Under the pieces are notes generated by a model. The model had not been told where the DNA came from. It ran no database searches and saw nothing but the letters and a program-made list of their open reading frames with translations. A stretch of 63,618 nt of DNA, the filler included, from Octopus bimaculoides (lineage: Eukaryota): the NCBI RefSeq assembly GCF_001194135.2. It is 3 parts of 3 records of this genome, joined end to end, with 100 filler letters (N's around TTAATTAATTAA, not from the genome) between each part and the next. Parts side by side here need not be neighbours in the genome. Positions count along the whole stretch, not along the records: positions 1 to 21,474 come from NC_068981.1; 2 more parts are not named here. One strand, written 5' to 3'. Of the stretch, positions 1-13,699 are shown one piece after another. Every line of letters starts with the position of its first letter. Within the stretch, counting starts at the first letter, position 1. The position numbers were made by a program, and so were the translations under genes.

Positions 1-159
1 TATATATATATATATACATACATATACATATACACATCCATACATATATATGTGTGTGTGCATATGTATAGATGTATACACACACACACACACACACTAA
101 CAGACACACACACACACATACACCCCCCCCCCACACATATATATATATATATATATATA
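1..159. repeat. Compound (TA)n/(TG)n/(CA)n microsatellite
   Basis: Dinucleotide arrays read directly. Confidence 0.95.
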
Positions 160-2932
160 GTTCCGCGACGTCTTTATCAAAGCCTATTTGGCGGAAAGTT
201 TTGCGCTATTAACTAACAATTATATTTAAATAAAAAATATGATTGCTCTACTGTTTAGGCGCCAAAACAAAGTTATGTTGAAAAACAGATCCCAACAGCG
301 AACATCGTGAATGTTCAAATGTATCACAGAATGTTCAAATATATCAGATTAAGTATCACAGATGGACGTTTGTAACACTAGATTAGTAACTAAGCCATAT
401 ATTCATTTTATTTTTCTGTGAATAGTGAACTTTCAGCACCCGACATAAATGTAAACAACAAAAACTGATTGGCCAATTAAACCCTTTGAAGAGTGATGTC
501 CTCACTGAAAATTATAAATAAAACATTTGCTACCCCTGTTATGTCACAGTTAGATCCATCAATGTTACCTGACAGATTTCAAATATCTAAAAGCGATTGG
601 AATCTAGAACCACAATTTTAATAAACAGAGAAAAATGTGCTGCATCTTGTATTGTGTACTATTTTCTTTTGTATATAAACTGTAATATTTGCTTATTTTA
701 TGTGTGTATGTATTTGCGTACGCATGCCTTTATAAACCCGTTTGATAGAGCTCAGATCTTTTTCTCGAATGGAGAAGGAAACTGTAAATGTTAAACAGAA
801 ATTCGGATATTTGCTAAATGAAAAATTCATACGACCAAACATTTAGTAAGCAAGATATTTCGATCACTGTTTTTGGTGTAAAAACATTGGCACATCATAA
901 AGATAATATATAACTTGTTTATAAAAGCCGATATACAAAAATGCTTCCGAACTCGCAAAGAAAATGCATTCGGGTACAGAAACCTTTAGTTATTGGTTGT
1001 TGTCTTTTTTTGTGTGTGTTTTACTTTTTCATTTAAACAGAATATCGTTATTCAGTAATTATTCTTTTCAGCAGCAGCTTCCAAAAAATACCACTTTCAC
1101 ATATCAAACCCCTTTTGGCTGCTTAAAAATCGTCATATTTATGGTAATACAAAAACATATAGCTTCTTAGCTAAATCTCGGTTCGCAAAGTCGTCATACA
1201 CGATAGCACTAAAATGCACAAAAATTAAAGAAAGACACATGCGAGTTATAGAGATGTTAGTGTAGGATACCTACCCGCGCGCCAATTATGATATTATAGG
1301 GGTGCATCGAAATGAGTAATTTTATTTTTTGCCATTTAATGACTTCACATGTAAATGAATTCAGGGGACAAATCATCTTTTTTTTTATGTCAACGGCGAT
1401 GGTATATAACTTTTCCACCATCAACATGTCAAACAGAAAGAGTTATTGCCAAAAATTGTGCGGTCAAATGTAATTGAATAATATCCTTCGTTTGAGAAAA
1501 AATCTATCCTAGCCAATACGATAGACTTTCGGTGAGTTTCTCATCATCACCCAGAAGATACGTATAATGAAGCATGCAAAATCTACCTTCACTTGTATAA
1601 TAGTTCTTCCTAGATATGGAATTATGTCAAAAAATCATGTAATGTTCGCACGAGAAGGTGTTATGGAACTACGATATGCAAACGTGTTTGATAATGCATA
1701 ACAGAATCACTGTGACAGACTACATAGAGGAATTGCAGAAAGAAACCATATTTTATCGTTTATATTGAGTATTGAGGTGCGTCCCAGATACTTGTAACAG
1801 TCTCGATTTCGCTAAGGGTAAACGCGTGAGGGTTTTGTTAAGCACAGCAGCAACAGACAGATGCCAGCTGGAAAATTCCATATAGATTTCCTTTGATTTA
1901 CTTCATACACAATCTTCAGCATGCGGCCTTATTGATTCTGAAATCATATAATCAATTATTAATCAAACAACATCTGGCATTTAGGGATTTTAGAATTTAT
2001 TATAATGCGCATGTATGGAAAAAAAGTTCAAGAATGTAAGTTGTGTTATTTTTTTTTTATATTTAGTTATTTTCTGTCATCAATGAAGAGGGTCAATAAA
2101 ATAGTAGGGGATGAAACGACATCTTTATATTTGTGCATTGCTGATTAAAAATCAACATTTATTCAAAAGAATTATCTTGTTAAAATCAACTCAATTCTTA
2201 GAGAAATCCATAGAAGCTTTACCAGCATGAATTTATCTCCTGTAGTTGCAGAGAAATATCCAATATCCGTTACCGGTTTTACATTAAATTTGTATAAAAT
2301 TTAAACGAGTTTTGAAACACAAGTGCAGATTTCATCCTTTCTTAAGCCTTATCGCCTCAAGACACGCGTTTGAGAATGCTTTAATATTATGTTGAATATT
2401 GCTTAGAAAGAAAATGATAAACAAATAGAAATATTAAAAAATGTATATTACCAACTTTCAATATATACTATCAATGATTATTTTAATGTAATATTCACTC
2501 TTTGATTTTGAAAATCTCGAATTGACAGGTTTCGAGAGAAATAGAAAAAAATATATGACGTATGTATACTGAAAAAAAAAAAAAGACATGTCGGTTTTCG
2601 TAATAATATGATAGCTAAGAAGGCTTTCTGCTGTTTCAGTACACATAAAGAAACCAGAGATTCCAATATTGCTATTCAAACAATGTATTTCACACAAACT
2701 CAGATATTCAATATCATGCAATTTTATGTTTGGAATGCTTTCGTTAAGAATCCACACTAAATATAAGTTGAAGAAAATTTATGTAAAAACGTAAGATAAA
2801 ATATGTTGTACATGTAACCACTGAGTTTGAAGAATTAATACGATATTAATACACATAGATGTTAAACGCGCATATGTACATATACATAAATATATACAAA
2901 TTTAAACACACACGCACGTATATATGTATATG

Positions 2933-2966
<34 letters not shown>

Positions 2967-3387
2967 NNNNNNNNNNNNNNNNNNNNNNNNNNNNNNNNNN
3001 NNNNNNNNNNNNNNNNNNNNNNNNNNNNNNNNNNNNNNNNNNNNNNNNNNNNNNNNNNNNNNNNNNNNNNNNNNNNNNNNNNNNNNNNNNNNNNNNNNNN
3101 NNNNNNNNNNNNNNNNNNNNNNNNNNNNNNNNNNNNNNNNNNNNNNNNNNNNNNNNNNNNNNNNNNNNNNNNNNNNNNNNNNNNNNNNNNNNNNNNNNNN
3201 NNNNNNNNNNNNNNNNNNNNNNNNNNNNNNNNNNNNNNNNNNNNNNNNNNNNNNNNNNNNNNNNNNNNNNNNNNNNNNNNNNNNNNNNNNNNNNNNNNNN
3301 NNNNNNNNNNNNNNNNNNNNNNNNNNNNNNNNNNNNNNNNNNNNNNNNNNNNNNNNNNNNNNNNNNNNNNNNNNNNNNNNNNNNNNN

Positions 3388-3422
<35 letters not shown>

Positions 3423-4473
3423 AATTTGTCTATTGTAACGTTATGTGTATGCAAAGGAACCTCCTATTTCATTATATCAGCTACATATGCATGTATGTAT
3501 TGATTGATTTCGCTCTCCAGGAGAGCAAAAATCAATCATCATGGAGGAACTTACAGTACTCGGCTAAGGAAGACGCATCATTTCTTTCGAGCCACAAGAA
3601 AAAAGGGATGTCAGTAACTGGCTGTTGAGGAACTTGTGAAGTGGTGGTGTTTCTTCTAATTTCTCGTTGTATTCGACTCCTGCAGTTTTGCAGTGTGTTC
3701 GGAGTATTGTTCCCTACAGAATATAGGTCTGAAGGCCACTAGAATATAGGCATGTCACCTTGGAACCAGCTGAAGTTCATTGTGTTGGAGAAGAACACAC
3801 AGACTAAGCATAGATGTTATAAGGCGAAACTATTCTGATTTGATAATCTTAAATGAGGAAGACTTTCCCGCACTGCGTTATATTCAGAAGACCTNNNNNN
3901 NNNNCAAAAATACATAAAAATATGTACATATGCCTGTCTGTGTGTGTCCCTATATACATGTATATTATGTATATGTGTGTGCGAATGGAGCTTTGGCCAG
4001 GAGGAAATGATGTCAATGCATTTCAACCCTCAAACTTAACACCCACTACCTTTCATCGGTTAGTAGACGTGGCCAAATATCACTACCTATCACCAGCTCC
4101 TCGCTCTTGCTTCATAACCAGCATGACGCTCTTTTTGCTGCACCTCACTTCTTGTGCACGGCCGCCCGTTGCGCTTTTATTCTCATTCCAATAGCTGTAA
4201 TCACATCCATACCAACTTGGCAGGAAATCCCCTCCAGTTACATCGACTATGAACAATCATGACCTAATCATCTGTTTCCCCTGCAATCCATCATATATAG
4301 GAGTGAGATGATAACTCTCTCTTTTCTCGACAACATGTGTATATAAGGCATTGGAAATTGCATGGCAAATAAATTCCACATGCAGGGAAAATGCATGTCG
4401 CATGCTTATACCAATCCATCGCACATTAGAATTTCGAATGTAGTTTATTACGTTTGCACAAGCTGAAGGAATA

Positions 4474-4891
4474 TCTTTCTCTTTCTCTTTCTCTTTTACT
4501 CTTTTACTTGTTTCAGTCTTTTGACTGCGGCCATGCTGGAGCACCGCCTTTAGTCGAGTAAATCGACCCCAGGACTTATTCTTTGTAAGCCTAGTACTTA
4601 TTCTGTCGGTCTCTTATGCTGAACCGCTAAGTTACGGGGACGTAAACACACCAGCATTGGTTGTCAAGCGATGTTGGGGAGACAAACACAGACACACAAA
4701 CACACATATATATACATATACATATATATGACGGGCTTCTTTCAGTTTCCGTCTACCAAATCCACTTACAAGACTTTGGAAGGCCCGAGGCTATAGTAGA
4801 AGACACTTGCCCAAGGTGCCACGCAGTGGGACTGAACCCGGAACCATGTGGTTGTTAAGCAAGCTACTTACAACTCAGCCACTCCTGCTCC
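4474..4891 (-). mobile_element. tRNA-derived SINE, family C (near full length, internal CA/TA microsatellite)
   Basis: Minus-strand head has A-box TGGCTGAGTTG and B-box-like GGTTCAGTCCC. Internal CA/TA array at ~4685-4728. The 3' module matches 37188-37400 and 39335-39520. Purine-rich tail. Confidence 0.85.
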
Positions 4892-7754
4892 TATATACAA
4901 TCAAAATATAAATGCTGTCGTTTTTGTTAAAATCACATCCGTTTTATAGGAACATTTACATGCGGCATTTATTAACGTGAGGTTTAAGGCATGCCCTTGT
5001 CTGGGTGCTTGACATCTTCACCCAGCATTATATTCCAGAGCAATGACCAAACATGAGCCTTCGTATATTATAAATTAGATACCTGCCATATTTAAGAATA
5101 AAATTTGAGCAGAGGAACTTATATCATACACTTATACTTGTCTGCTTCTTTCAAAGACATAACAGATTCTCATTTCAAGCTCTGCAGGTGTGGTGATGCC
5201 CATAAAACGAATTGGTAATATATGTATAAAAGTGTGACTTGTCAAACATCATTTAATCTATATTACGTTATAAAGACATATAGCGCACATTATAGAGCTA
5301 TTGTACACAAGCTTTGCTACAATTAAGTTCCCATTTTATTTCCATAATGCCCATAGAGACGATCAATAATGTTGGCAATAAAAAAAATAAATTATGATAA
5401 CCTCTGGGATAATATATTTTGCATGCAGAAAGATATTAACTGCTCAGAGAATAAAATGAAATAATATTCATATAGACTAAAATATAATGTCATTGAAGAA
5501 TATATACGTATGTTAAATGTAAAGAGACATGAAAGCAAGCGAGCAGCAATATAAAATTACAACGCACGTATACATACGTACACGCATACAAGAACAATGA
5601 TGACAACTAAATTGATCAAAACAGTAACAATATCTTTCGAATGCGGTGGAAATCAATATATATAATGTAAATAAAAAAATTTACTTATATACATATCAGC
5701 TGATTTAATGTGCATTATGGTCGAATGTTTAAGAAGGCTATTTTGCAACCACAAGATCCTGGCTTCGATTGTGCCACATGGGCCTGTATGAACTTTTATA
5801 GTCTTCAACTAACTGTTAACTTTTAACTGAGATTATGTAAGTAGGAAACGCAACGAAAACTGACGGATCGATTCTACCTGTAATTTAAAGCAGCCTTAAA
5901 TCACTTTAAACTCACTCAGCATTATCGCAGCATGTCACACTGACTTTTTCTGATATTCATGCATATACATATATATAGAACAATTAGCTGGACCTAAGTA
6001 CAGAGTACTAGACACAGAGGTTCTGAACAAAACAACGGGCATTTAATGCTGAAAAATCACACATTTTCTGTGAGCTTGCATTCGCTTGTGCCTATACAGT
6101 GATTACATTAAGTTTACTATAGACAAACAACAGGTTTACAATATTTTTGCATGTAATCTTAGGCAACTGATTTATTTACTAATTTAATTATTATTTCAAT
6201 TATCAGAAAAGTATTTTCTTGCGACTTAACACTCTATTAATTCTCCTTAGAATTCACGATAAGAAAAAAAGTTTTAATTTCACTTCTAGAATAAACAAGT
6301 CAGTCCCTTTTATTTATTAACGGTTACGATGCAAATCCCACGAATAGACGTCAGATAGACTAAATCTCAAATGTCGCAATAATTTCGTAGATAAATCTTA
6401 AAGAGTCTATGTTTCTTAACAATCAACACAATTTTTTTTATACAATATAAATAAAATGGATTTAAAATGTTATTAAAAATATTGCATTTGAAAGCTAATA
6501 AAATCTAATATCACAAATTAATAAAATATAATGGCGAAATGTGGCCAAGAAACTAGAAACTGAGAATAGTGTCTCCATCATTAGAATGCTTACAACTAAC
6601 ATATTTGTTCTGGCAATGCCTGTATAACAGATAAAAAAAAAGAAATGCACTACGATATGGATCAAATAACGTAGTTAATTTTTGTTCGGAATACTGATCA
6701 GCAATTTTGGTTGTATGGAATTATAATGTCGTAAAGTGACTTTCTCGCTTTTATTTCGAACTGACAGTATATATATACAATGATGTGTACTTCCTGCAGT
6801 TTCTATACGGAACATATGGAAATAATACTCTATATTTGCTGATAAATGCAAGTCAATATATGGGCAGCATAATTCTGAGAGCTTTTCAATATTGTGTTAN
6901 NNNNNNNNNNNNNNNNNNNNNNNNNNNNNNNNNNNNNNNNNNNNNNNNNNNNNNNNNNNNNNNNNNNNNNNNNNNNNNNNNNNNNNNNNNNNNNNNNNNN
7001 NNNNNNNNNNNNNNNNNNNNNNNNNNNNNNNNNNNNNNNNNNNNNNNNNNNNNNNNNNNNNNNNNNNNNNNNNNNNNNNNNNNNNNNNNNNNNNNNNNNN
7101 NNNNNNNNNNNNNNNNNNNNNNNNNNNNNNNNNNNNNNNNNNNNNNNNNNNNNNNNNNNNNNNNNNNNNNNNNNNNNNNNNNNNNNNNNNNNNNNNNNNN
7201 NNNNNNNNNNNNNNNNNNNNNNNNNNNNNNNNNNNNNNNNNNNNNNNNNNNNNNNNNNNNNNNNNNNNNNNNNNNNNNNNNNNNNNNNNNNNNNNNNNNN
7301 NNNNNNNNNNNNNNNNNNNNNNNNNNNNNNNNNNNNNNNNNNNNNNNNNNNNNNNNNNNNNNNNNNNNNNNNNNNNNNNNNNNNNNNNNNNNNNNNNNNN
7401 NNNNNNNNNNNNNNNNNNNNNNNNNNNNNNNNNNNNNNNNNNNNNNNNNNNNNNNNNNNNNNNNNNNNNNNNNNNNNNNNNNNNNNNNNNNNNNNNNNNN
7501 NNNNACATTTAAACACAAGAAAAATTACCTATAACACGCAATAAATTTTTACACGCTAGGAGACAGTTCAAACGACCGAAAACCACAAAATTTAAGCAAT
7601 TTCAAAGGGAATGAAAAAATAAAAACTTTTACCTTGTTTTTACGGTTATACTTATAGGTATCAATTTTTTTTGGGGGGGGGGAAATAACATAATCTACTA
7701 GGTAGAGGTACCTCAAATACACCGACACCACCCAGGCAGCGTCAATACGTAGCT

Positions 7755-7885
7755 TATTTGTAAGTAGGTATTCATGTACGTAACTAGGTATGTAGCAGGT
7801 AAGTAGGCAAGTAGGCTGGTAGACAGGCAGGCAGGCAGGCTGGCTGGCAGGCAGGCAGGAAGGAAGGCAGTAAGTATGTAGCTAG
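7755..7885. repeat. Degenerate (GTAG)/(GCAG)n tetranucleotide array
   Basis: gtag/gcag/gctg/gaag units read directly. Confidence 0.85.
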
Positions 7886-8115
7886 TTTGCGAAATAAGTA
7901 GGTACATAGAAATACACATGCAAGAGTATAGAAGCATGCGATCATACAACATACATATCATACACACACTCACAAAAGCATCCATACTCATGTTAGCAGT
8001 AGCACACACACAAATGTACTCAAGCATGCAAACACGTACACGCACAGAACAGGAATACCAGCACGCAGAACATTTACATAGATACGTTATATTGGTATAA
8101 TGACTCACTGTAGGG

Positions 8116-8163
8116 CACATGGCTCCGCGTTAGTCTCACTGCGTGGCACATTGGGCAGAGTCT
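8116..8163 (+). mobile_element. SINE family C head fragment
   Basis: cacatggctccgcgttagtctcactgcgtggcacattgggca resembles the reverse complement of 4808-4850. Confidence 0.55.
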
Positions 8164-8249
8164 GTAACAATGTATATCTTCTTTAGTAACTTCTATAGTG
8201 AATTGAAGACAGCATGTTCTCTGTCTATCTCCTTAAATTCATGGAGATT

Positions 8250-8520
8250 TTAGGTATAATTATACCAATGTGTTGTAATTTAATTAAAAACTATGTATTT
8301 GTGCAGTTGAGGATTGCTCTGCATTTTAAATTGTTGTAATGATTACACTGTTCAATTAAATGGAGTTGGATGAAACGATCGTACTGCATTACCTCTGGAT
8401 ATCCTTGGTGCTTATTTTGATTTTAATCACCTCACTTTGAAATAATATGGGTAATACCGTGCTAAATTCTGGTGTCTCAACTTAAGTACCATATTCATCT
8501 GAATCTAAATTTGTGCTTAT
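8250..8520 (+). mobile_element. Dispersed repeat (putative PLE pseudo-LTR) homologous to 44460-44730
   Basis: Colinear similarity by eye over ~270 bp. Contains a hammerhead motif. Confidence 0.75.
8301..8389 (+). ncRNA. Type I hammerhead ribozyme motif with core mutation C3U (family 1)
   Basis: GTGCAG-TTGAGGA-long stem II-GAAA-CGATCG-TA-CTGCAT. Palindromic stem III ACGATCGT, GUA triplet. Confidence 0.6.
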
Positions 8521-8523
8521 ACA

Positions 8524-8571
<48 letters not shown>

Positions 8572-8858
8572 NNNNNNNNNNNNNNNNNNNNNNNNNNNNN
8601 NNNNNNNNNNNNNNNNNNNNNNNNNNNNNNNNNNNNNNNNNNNNNNNNNNNNNNNNNNNNNNNNNNNNNNNNNNNNNNNNNNNNNNNNNNNNNNNNNNNN
8701 NNNNNNNNNNNNNNNNNNNNNNNNNNNNNNNNNNNNNNNNNNNNNNNNNTATATATATATAATCGTCTCCAATGTGACTAAGGTTGAAAACCACCACCAG
8801 CATTTCTAGAAATAAAAGTGAGAACAACTCTTAGCTACAGGCAAAGCACTTATCTAGT

Positions 8859-9012
8859 CTTTCCTACTCTAGGCTCAAGGCCCGAAAATTTGTAGAGGGA
8901 GCCAGTCGATTAGATCGACTGAGGTATGCAACTGGTACTTATTTTATCGACTCCGAAAGGATGAAAGACAAAGTCGACCTTGGCGGACTTTGAACTCAGA
9001 ACGTAAAAGCAT
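8859..9012 (-). mobile_element. SINE family A, 5'-truncated
   Basis: Shares actggtactta...atcgac..cgaaaggatgaaag.caaagtcgacct.ggcgga.tttgaactcagaacg with the other family A copies. Confidence 0.8.
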
Positions 9013-9289
9013 TTATCAATTGACTGACAAGGGAGAACACCCTCCCTACACGAAGCGACGAGTGTTATGTCATCGATAATTTCGGATTGAATTAAACCTT
9101 ATCAGTGATAGTCAGTCTGTTGGGTAGGCTTAAATTGAACTCGCCATGTCAGTTTATAAAAAATACCATACTATTTAATGGCTGATTCGCTAAAACTGTA
9201 AAGTGAAAATTATAAATTATTAAGGTGGCTACTCCCAGTTTAAAAACCAAAAGGCTATAGTACAGGTGTCACTAAAGTAACTAAGCGGG

Positions 9290-9308
9290 GAGACAGACAG
9301 ACAGACAT

Positions 9309-9370
<62 letters not shown>
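9290..9370. repeat. (GACA)/(GATA)n microsatellite
   Basis: Read directly. Confidence 0.95.
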
Positions 9371-10369
9371 GTTTGAGGAAATGAACCATCAAGAATCTCT
9401 ATGGAATCGTTTTCAAAGTATAAACTTCATTATTCTTGCGATCCTGTTTATATTTTCAAAACATAGACAAATCTGATGTATTATTTTCATTTAGCTAAAT
9501 ACCAGAATTTGATAAATGAAAATCAATTGCAAGTAGAACTACATATGGAAATGGCAGTCTTAGGTATGGAAATACATATTTATTCTTACAGATGCAATAT
9601 TTCTAGTTCCATATATGTGTAAACGTTTCGTAATACAGTGCCACTAAATAAATAAGCTTCACCCGAGAAATGTGATATTTTTGCAAGTAATTGCTCCAAC
9701 GCTATTCATTACGTCTACATCACAGTCGGTGGCACTGTGATTTCGTTTATCTAAAAGCCGTATATTTGGCAATTGCAGCTAAAATACCGTTATACGTTCG
9801 TATATTATAAATGGATTGATATCTTTAGTCCTAGCAATGTGACTGCAATAAATTATCTGTGAAGTTATGCTCGTGTTCTGTACAAATCGACAGAACATTC
9901 AAAATCATCCATTTCTCTATTGATTTCTTGTAAACACTAATTTACTTTGAATAAATTTTCTCTCCGTTCCTTACCCCCGTCTGTAACGCTGTCACGTGAT
10001 TAGTTGAAGGGACAGCTGAAGAGCGAGAGAAAGAGTGTGTAAGGCGGCAAGTGAGAGAGAAGGAGGCATAGTCCTGTCTATTAAATCTATAAAATTGTGC
10101 ATAATATATACAAAGTCTATAAATAAAGTACATTAGGTGATGATCGTATTCAAAGTTCCTTCATTTTTCAATGTGCAGCAGATGAGTGACTTCGATGCAA
10201 CCGTCATGAAAAAGACCGTTAGTTGATGTGTGCCTATTTAATTTAACTAATTGTATACTTTTGCTCATAACCTTATTTTTCTTCCGTTCCTATGAAGTCT
10301 GTCCGACGAACGGAAACGTGAAACTCTGAGTAACAGCTTTTGTAATATCGTTGCTGCTTTTTAATAAAG

Positions 10370-10418
<49 letters not shown>

Positions 10419-10448
10419 GTATGTATGTGTATATATATATGTGTGTAT

Positions 10449-10493
<45 letters not shown>

Positions 10494-10814
10494 TATATAN
10501 NNNNNNNNNNNNNNNNNNNNNNNNNNNNNNNNNNNNNNNNNNNNNNNNNNNNNNNNNNNNNNNNNNNNNNNNNNNNNNNNNNNNNNNNNNNNNNNNNNNN
10601 NNNNNNNNNNNNNNNNNNNNNNNNNNNNNNNNNNNNNNNNNNNNNNNNNNNNNNNNNNNNNNNNNNNNNNNNNNNNNNNNNNNNNNNNNNNNNNNNNNNN
10701 NNNNNNNNNNNNNNNNNNNNNNNNNNNNNNNNNNNNNNNNNNNNNNNNNNNNNNNNNNNNNNNNATATATATATATATATATATATACATTCACATACAC
10801 ACACACACATATAC

Positions 10815-11090
10815 AGGATTTGATGGGTAAATCGCACTTTAGGCCTAAAAGCAATCAAACACTGGGTAGAGCACGGATAAATGAACGCTTCAAGACTGAC
10901 TTCATCACCGAGGCCACACGCCTAGTACAAGAAGAAAATACCTTTAGATTCGGCAATAAAACATATCGACACATAAAAGGGCACGGCTAAGAGTACTTAG
11001 TTATGGAGGACTTGGAAGAAAAACTTTATGAGGAAAGAAAAAGCTTTTGATTGGGAATACAAGAAATATATCATTAAAAAGTGGACAAAT
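10815..11090 (+). pseudogene. Penelope-like reverse transcriptase fragment (frameshifted)
   Basis: Stitched frames give LGLKAIKHWVE / RINERFKTDFITEATRLVQEENTFRFGNKTYRHIKG / YLVMEDLEEKLYEE / EYKKYIIKKW. This matches the PLE RT region around motif B (N-x-F-x-F...Y-x-Q-x-x-G). Confidence 0.7.
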
Positions 11091-11109
11091 CGAATGAAGA
11101 TCTGAGGAT

Positions 11110-12075
11110 GTCATTGATTCTGTTATTATCTAGTTTACCAATTTTAAAATAATAACAACAGGAGCAATAATATAGGCGATTGCACGCCCTCCCAAAATCA
11201 TATACTGAAACCATTCCGTGCACCACCACTTTGAGTAGCATTGGTTTAAACGATTTCGCAGTGGGAACCTTAGCTTTGAAAATCGTGAGCGTAGTGGATG
11301 CCCATCTGTCATCTATAATGGACAATTAAAGACCGTCATTGAGAAAGACCACGTGAAACCATCCGAGAACTGGCAAAAGAACTGCATGCAATCGGAATAT
11401 CAAAAAAGCCTTGACCCGATTTCAAGGAAAATCAGAAAATGCGCAGCTATGAAATTTGTTTGTCGCTTCTTCTCCGTTACTAGACCGTATTGTAACTTCC
11501 GATGAAAATAAGATTCTGTCTATAATAAATAAAAAACCCTCTTCTCAGTAGTCAGACCAAAATGAAGCACCAAAACCTTCTCTAAACCCGAGCGCTTCAA
11601 AAACAAGGTTATGACCACGGTTTGCTGGTGTACTGCTGGACTCATCCACTATAATTTCTCAAAACCGGAAAAAGAACTGCTGCAGAAACATATTGCCATG
11701 AAATAGTCAAAATTTATGAAAAAACGTTACTCCTCCGTCCCAGACTGGTTATCAGAAGAGGGCAAATCATTCTCATAACATTGCTCCACCACACATTTCA
11801 CTAATGATGCTCATGAAGTTGAAGGAACTTGGCTACGAATTTCTTCCATACCCAGTTTATTCACCAGACATTTCTCCTACCGACTACCACATTTTCAAGC
11901 ACCTTGATGGTATCATGCGAGAGAAGAATTTCAAAAATCAAACATGTTGACGTTAGTGTGTTAAAAGAGATCATCACCTCCAGAACTCCATATTCTATGT
12001 TCCCGGAATAGAAACAAAATGTAATCTGTTGGGAAATAATTTATTGATTGTAATGGTATTTACATTCATGGACCA
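11110..12075 (+). mobile_element. Degenerate mariner transposase (resembles Hsmar1/cecropia type)
   Basis: Fragments HWFKRFRSGNLSFENRERSGCPS, LLDRIVTSDE, KVMTTVCWCTAGLIHYNF and KLKELGYEFLPYPVYSPDISPTDYHIFKHLD (YSPDL motif). Many stops and frameshifts. Confidence 0.9.
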
Positions 12076-12266
12076 CATTAAATGGTTTTAGTCAAACAAA
12101 TAGACCCTTGAACTTATTCTATCTACTTCATTGCCAAACCGCTATATTACAGGAATATAAATAACGTGCCATTTGATGTCAAGTGATGGTGGGGAGAAAA
12201 ACACAGACACACGAACGTAAATATACCCATCCATCAATCTGTACATACATACATCCATCCATCCAT

Positions 12267-12302
<36 letters not shown>

Positions 12303-13666
12303 GTATATGCATATATATATACATACAAATACGCATACATATATATGTGTATGTATATAAATGTGTGTGTGCGTGTGTGTTTGTTTGTATGTATGTATAT
12401 ATATATTGTTATGGTGTATTCAGTTAAGAACCTATGAGAGTACAATATATAGCTCGTCGAAATAGATACATGTACATATATGCACGCATTATTACATACA
12501 GAAACACAGCCACTGACACAAAGGTCTCTAATGTATCTATATCTATTTCCCTCTCTATCTCTTTCTCAATATATATATATATATATATATATGNNNNNNN
12601 NNNNNNNNNNNNNNNNNNNNNNNNNNNNNNNNNNNNNNNNNNNNNNNNNNNNNNNNNNNNNNNNNNNNNNNNNNNNNNNNNNNNNNNNNNNNNNNNNNNN
12701 NNNNNNNNNNNNNNNNNNNNNNNNNNNNNNNNNNNNNNNNNNNNNNNNNNNNNNNNNNNNNNNNNNNNNNNNNNNNNNNNNNNNNNNNNNNNNNATATAT
12801 ATACATATATGCATATGTATATACATACATATGTATATAGGGTAAGGAGATAGTGAGAAAAAGATACAGAGAGCATCCTCTCACGGCCTCAGCCAAGATG
12901 GTTTTCTCAATGTTCCATCAAGAAAGTTTGTCTTACCATAGTTTTGGTTGGCCTTTAACTTCATGTTATGTTTCAATGAATAGAATATCAATGCGGGTAG
13001 TGGACTTACCGTGCGTAATTCTCCAACTTATCATATCTAAATATTGTCTTGTCTTCATCAGTATAGCACAGTACATCAGAACACGCACGACATTGAACAA
13101 CAGTACAGATGCGTGCAATGTATCCGTAAATCTTCTCTTTAGTTTTGTTTCATGTCATGTTTTATTCTGAACCCTCATGTGAAGAATACATAGATAAATA
13201 TTTGTATACGTGTATGCGTTTTTGTATTTCAATGTGTACATCTGTCTGTTTGCTAGCGTATTGGGTATTAAATATATTACGAAGTAGTTTCGTATTTACA
13301 TATTTTTATGTAGAGATTGCTATGATGAAGATCTAGAAACGTCACAGAGGGACTTGTGAAATACTTGGAATATAACTTCGAGGGACGCATAGGATGATGT
13401 AATGCAAAAAAATAATAAAAAAAGTAGAATCATTAATAGAAGAATGAAGCATATCCCAAGAATTCACGGGGTAACTATAATATAATTCTTCATTGATAAA
13501 TGTTTACATATACAGAGGGGGGAAGAAAAAGAAAGAGAAATACATATATAGATATACATATACGCGTATATATGTACTTGTATATATGTCAACGTACACA
13601 TATCAGCACACGCATATTTATGTATGCATATACATGTATGTGTACGTATGATTATATATATATATA

Positions 13667-13699
<33 letters not shown>

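Noticed and set aside
5178-5204. Possible 27-nt microexons (plus 5178-5204; minus ~13005-13031)
   Set aside because: AG/GT-bounded short segments arise often by chance, and the peptides are unrecognisable.
6830-6899. Possible LINE RT remnant (AHILTCIYQQ) next to a gap
   Set aside because: Too short and interrupted to support.
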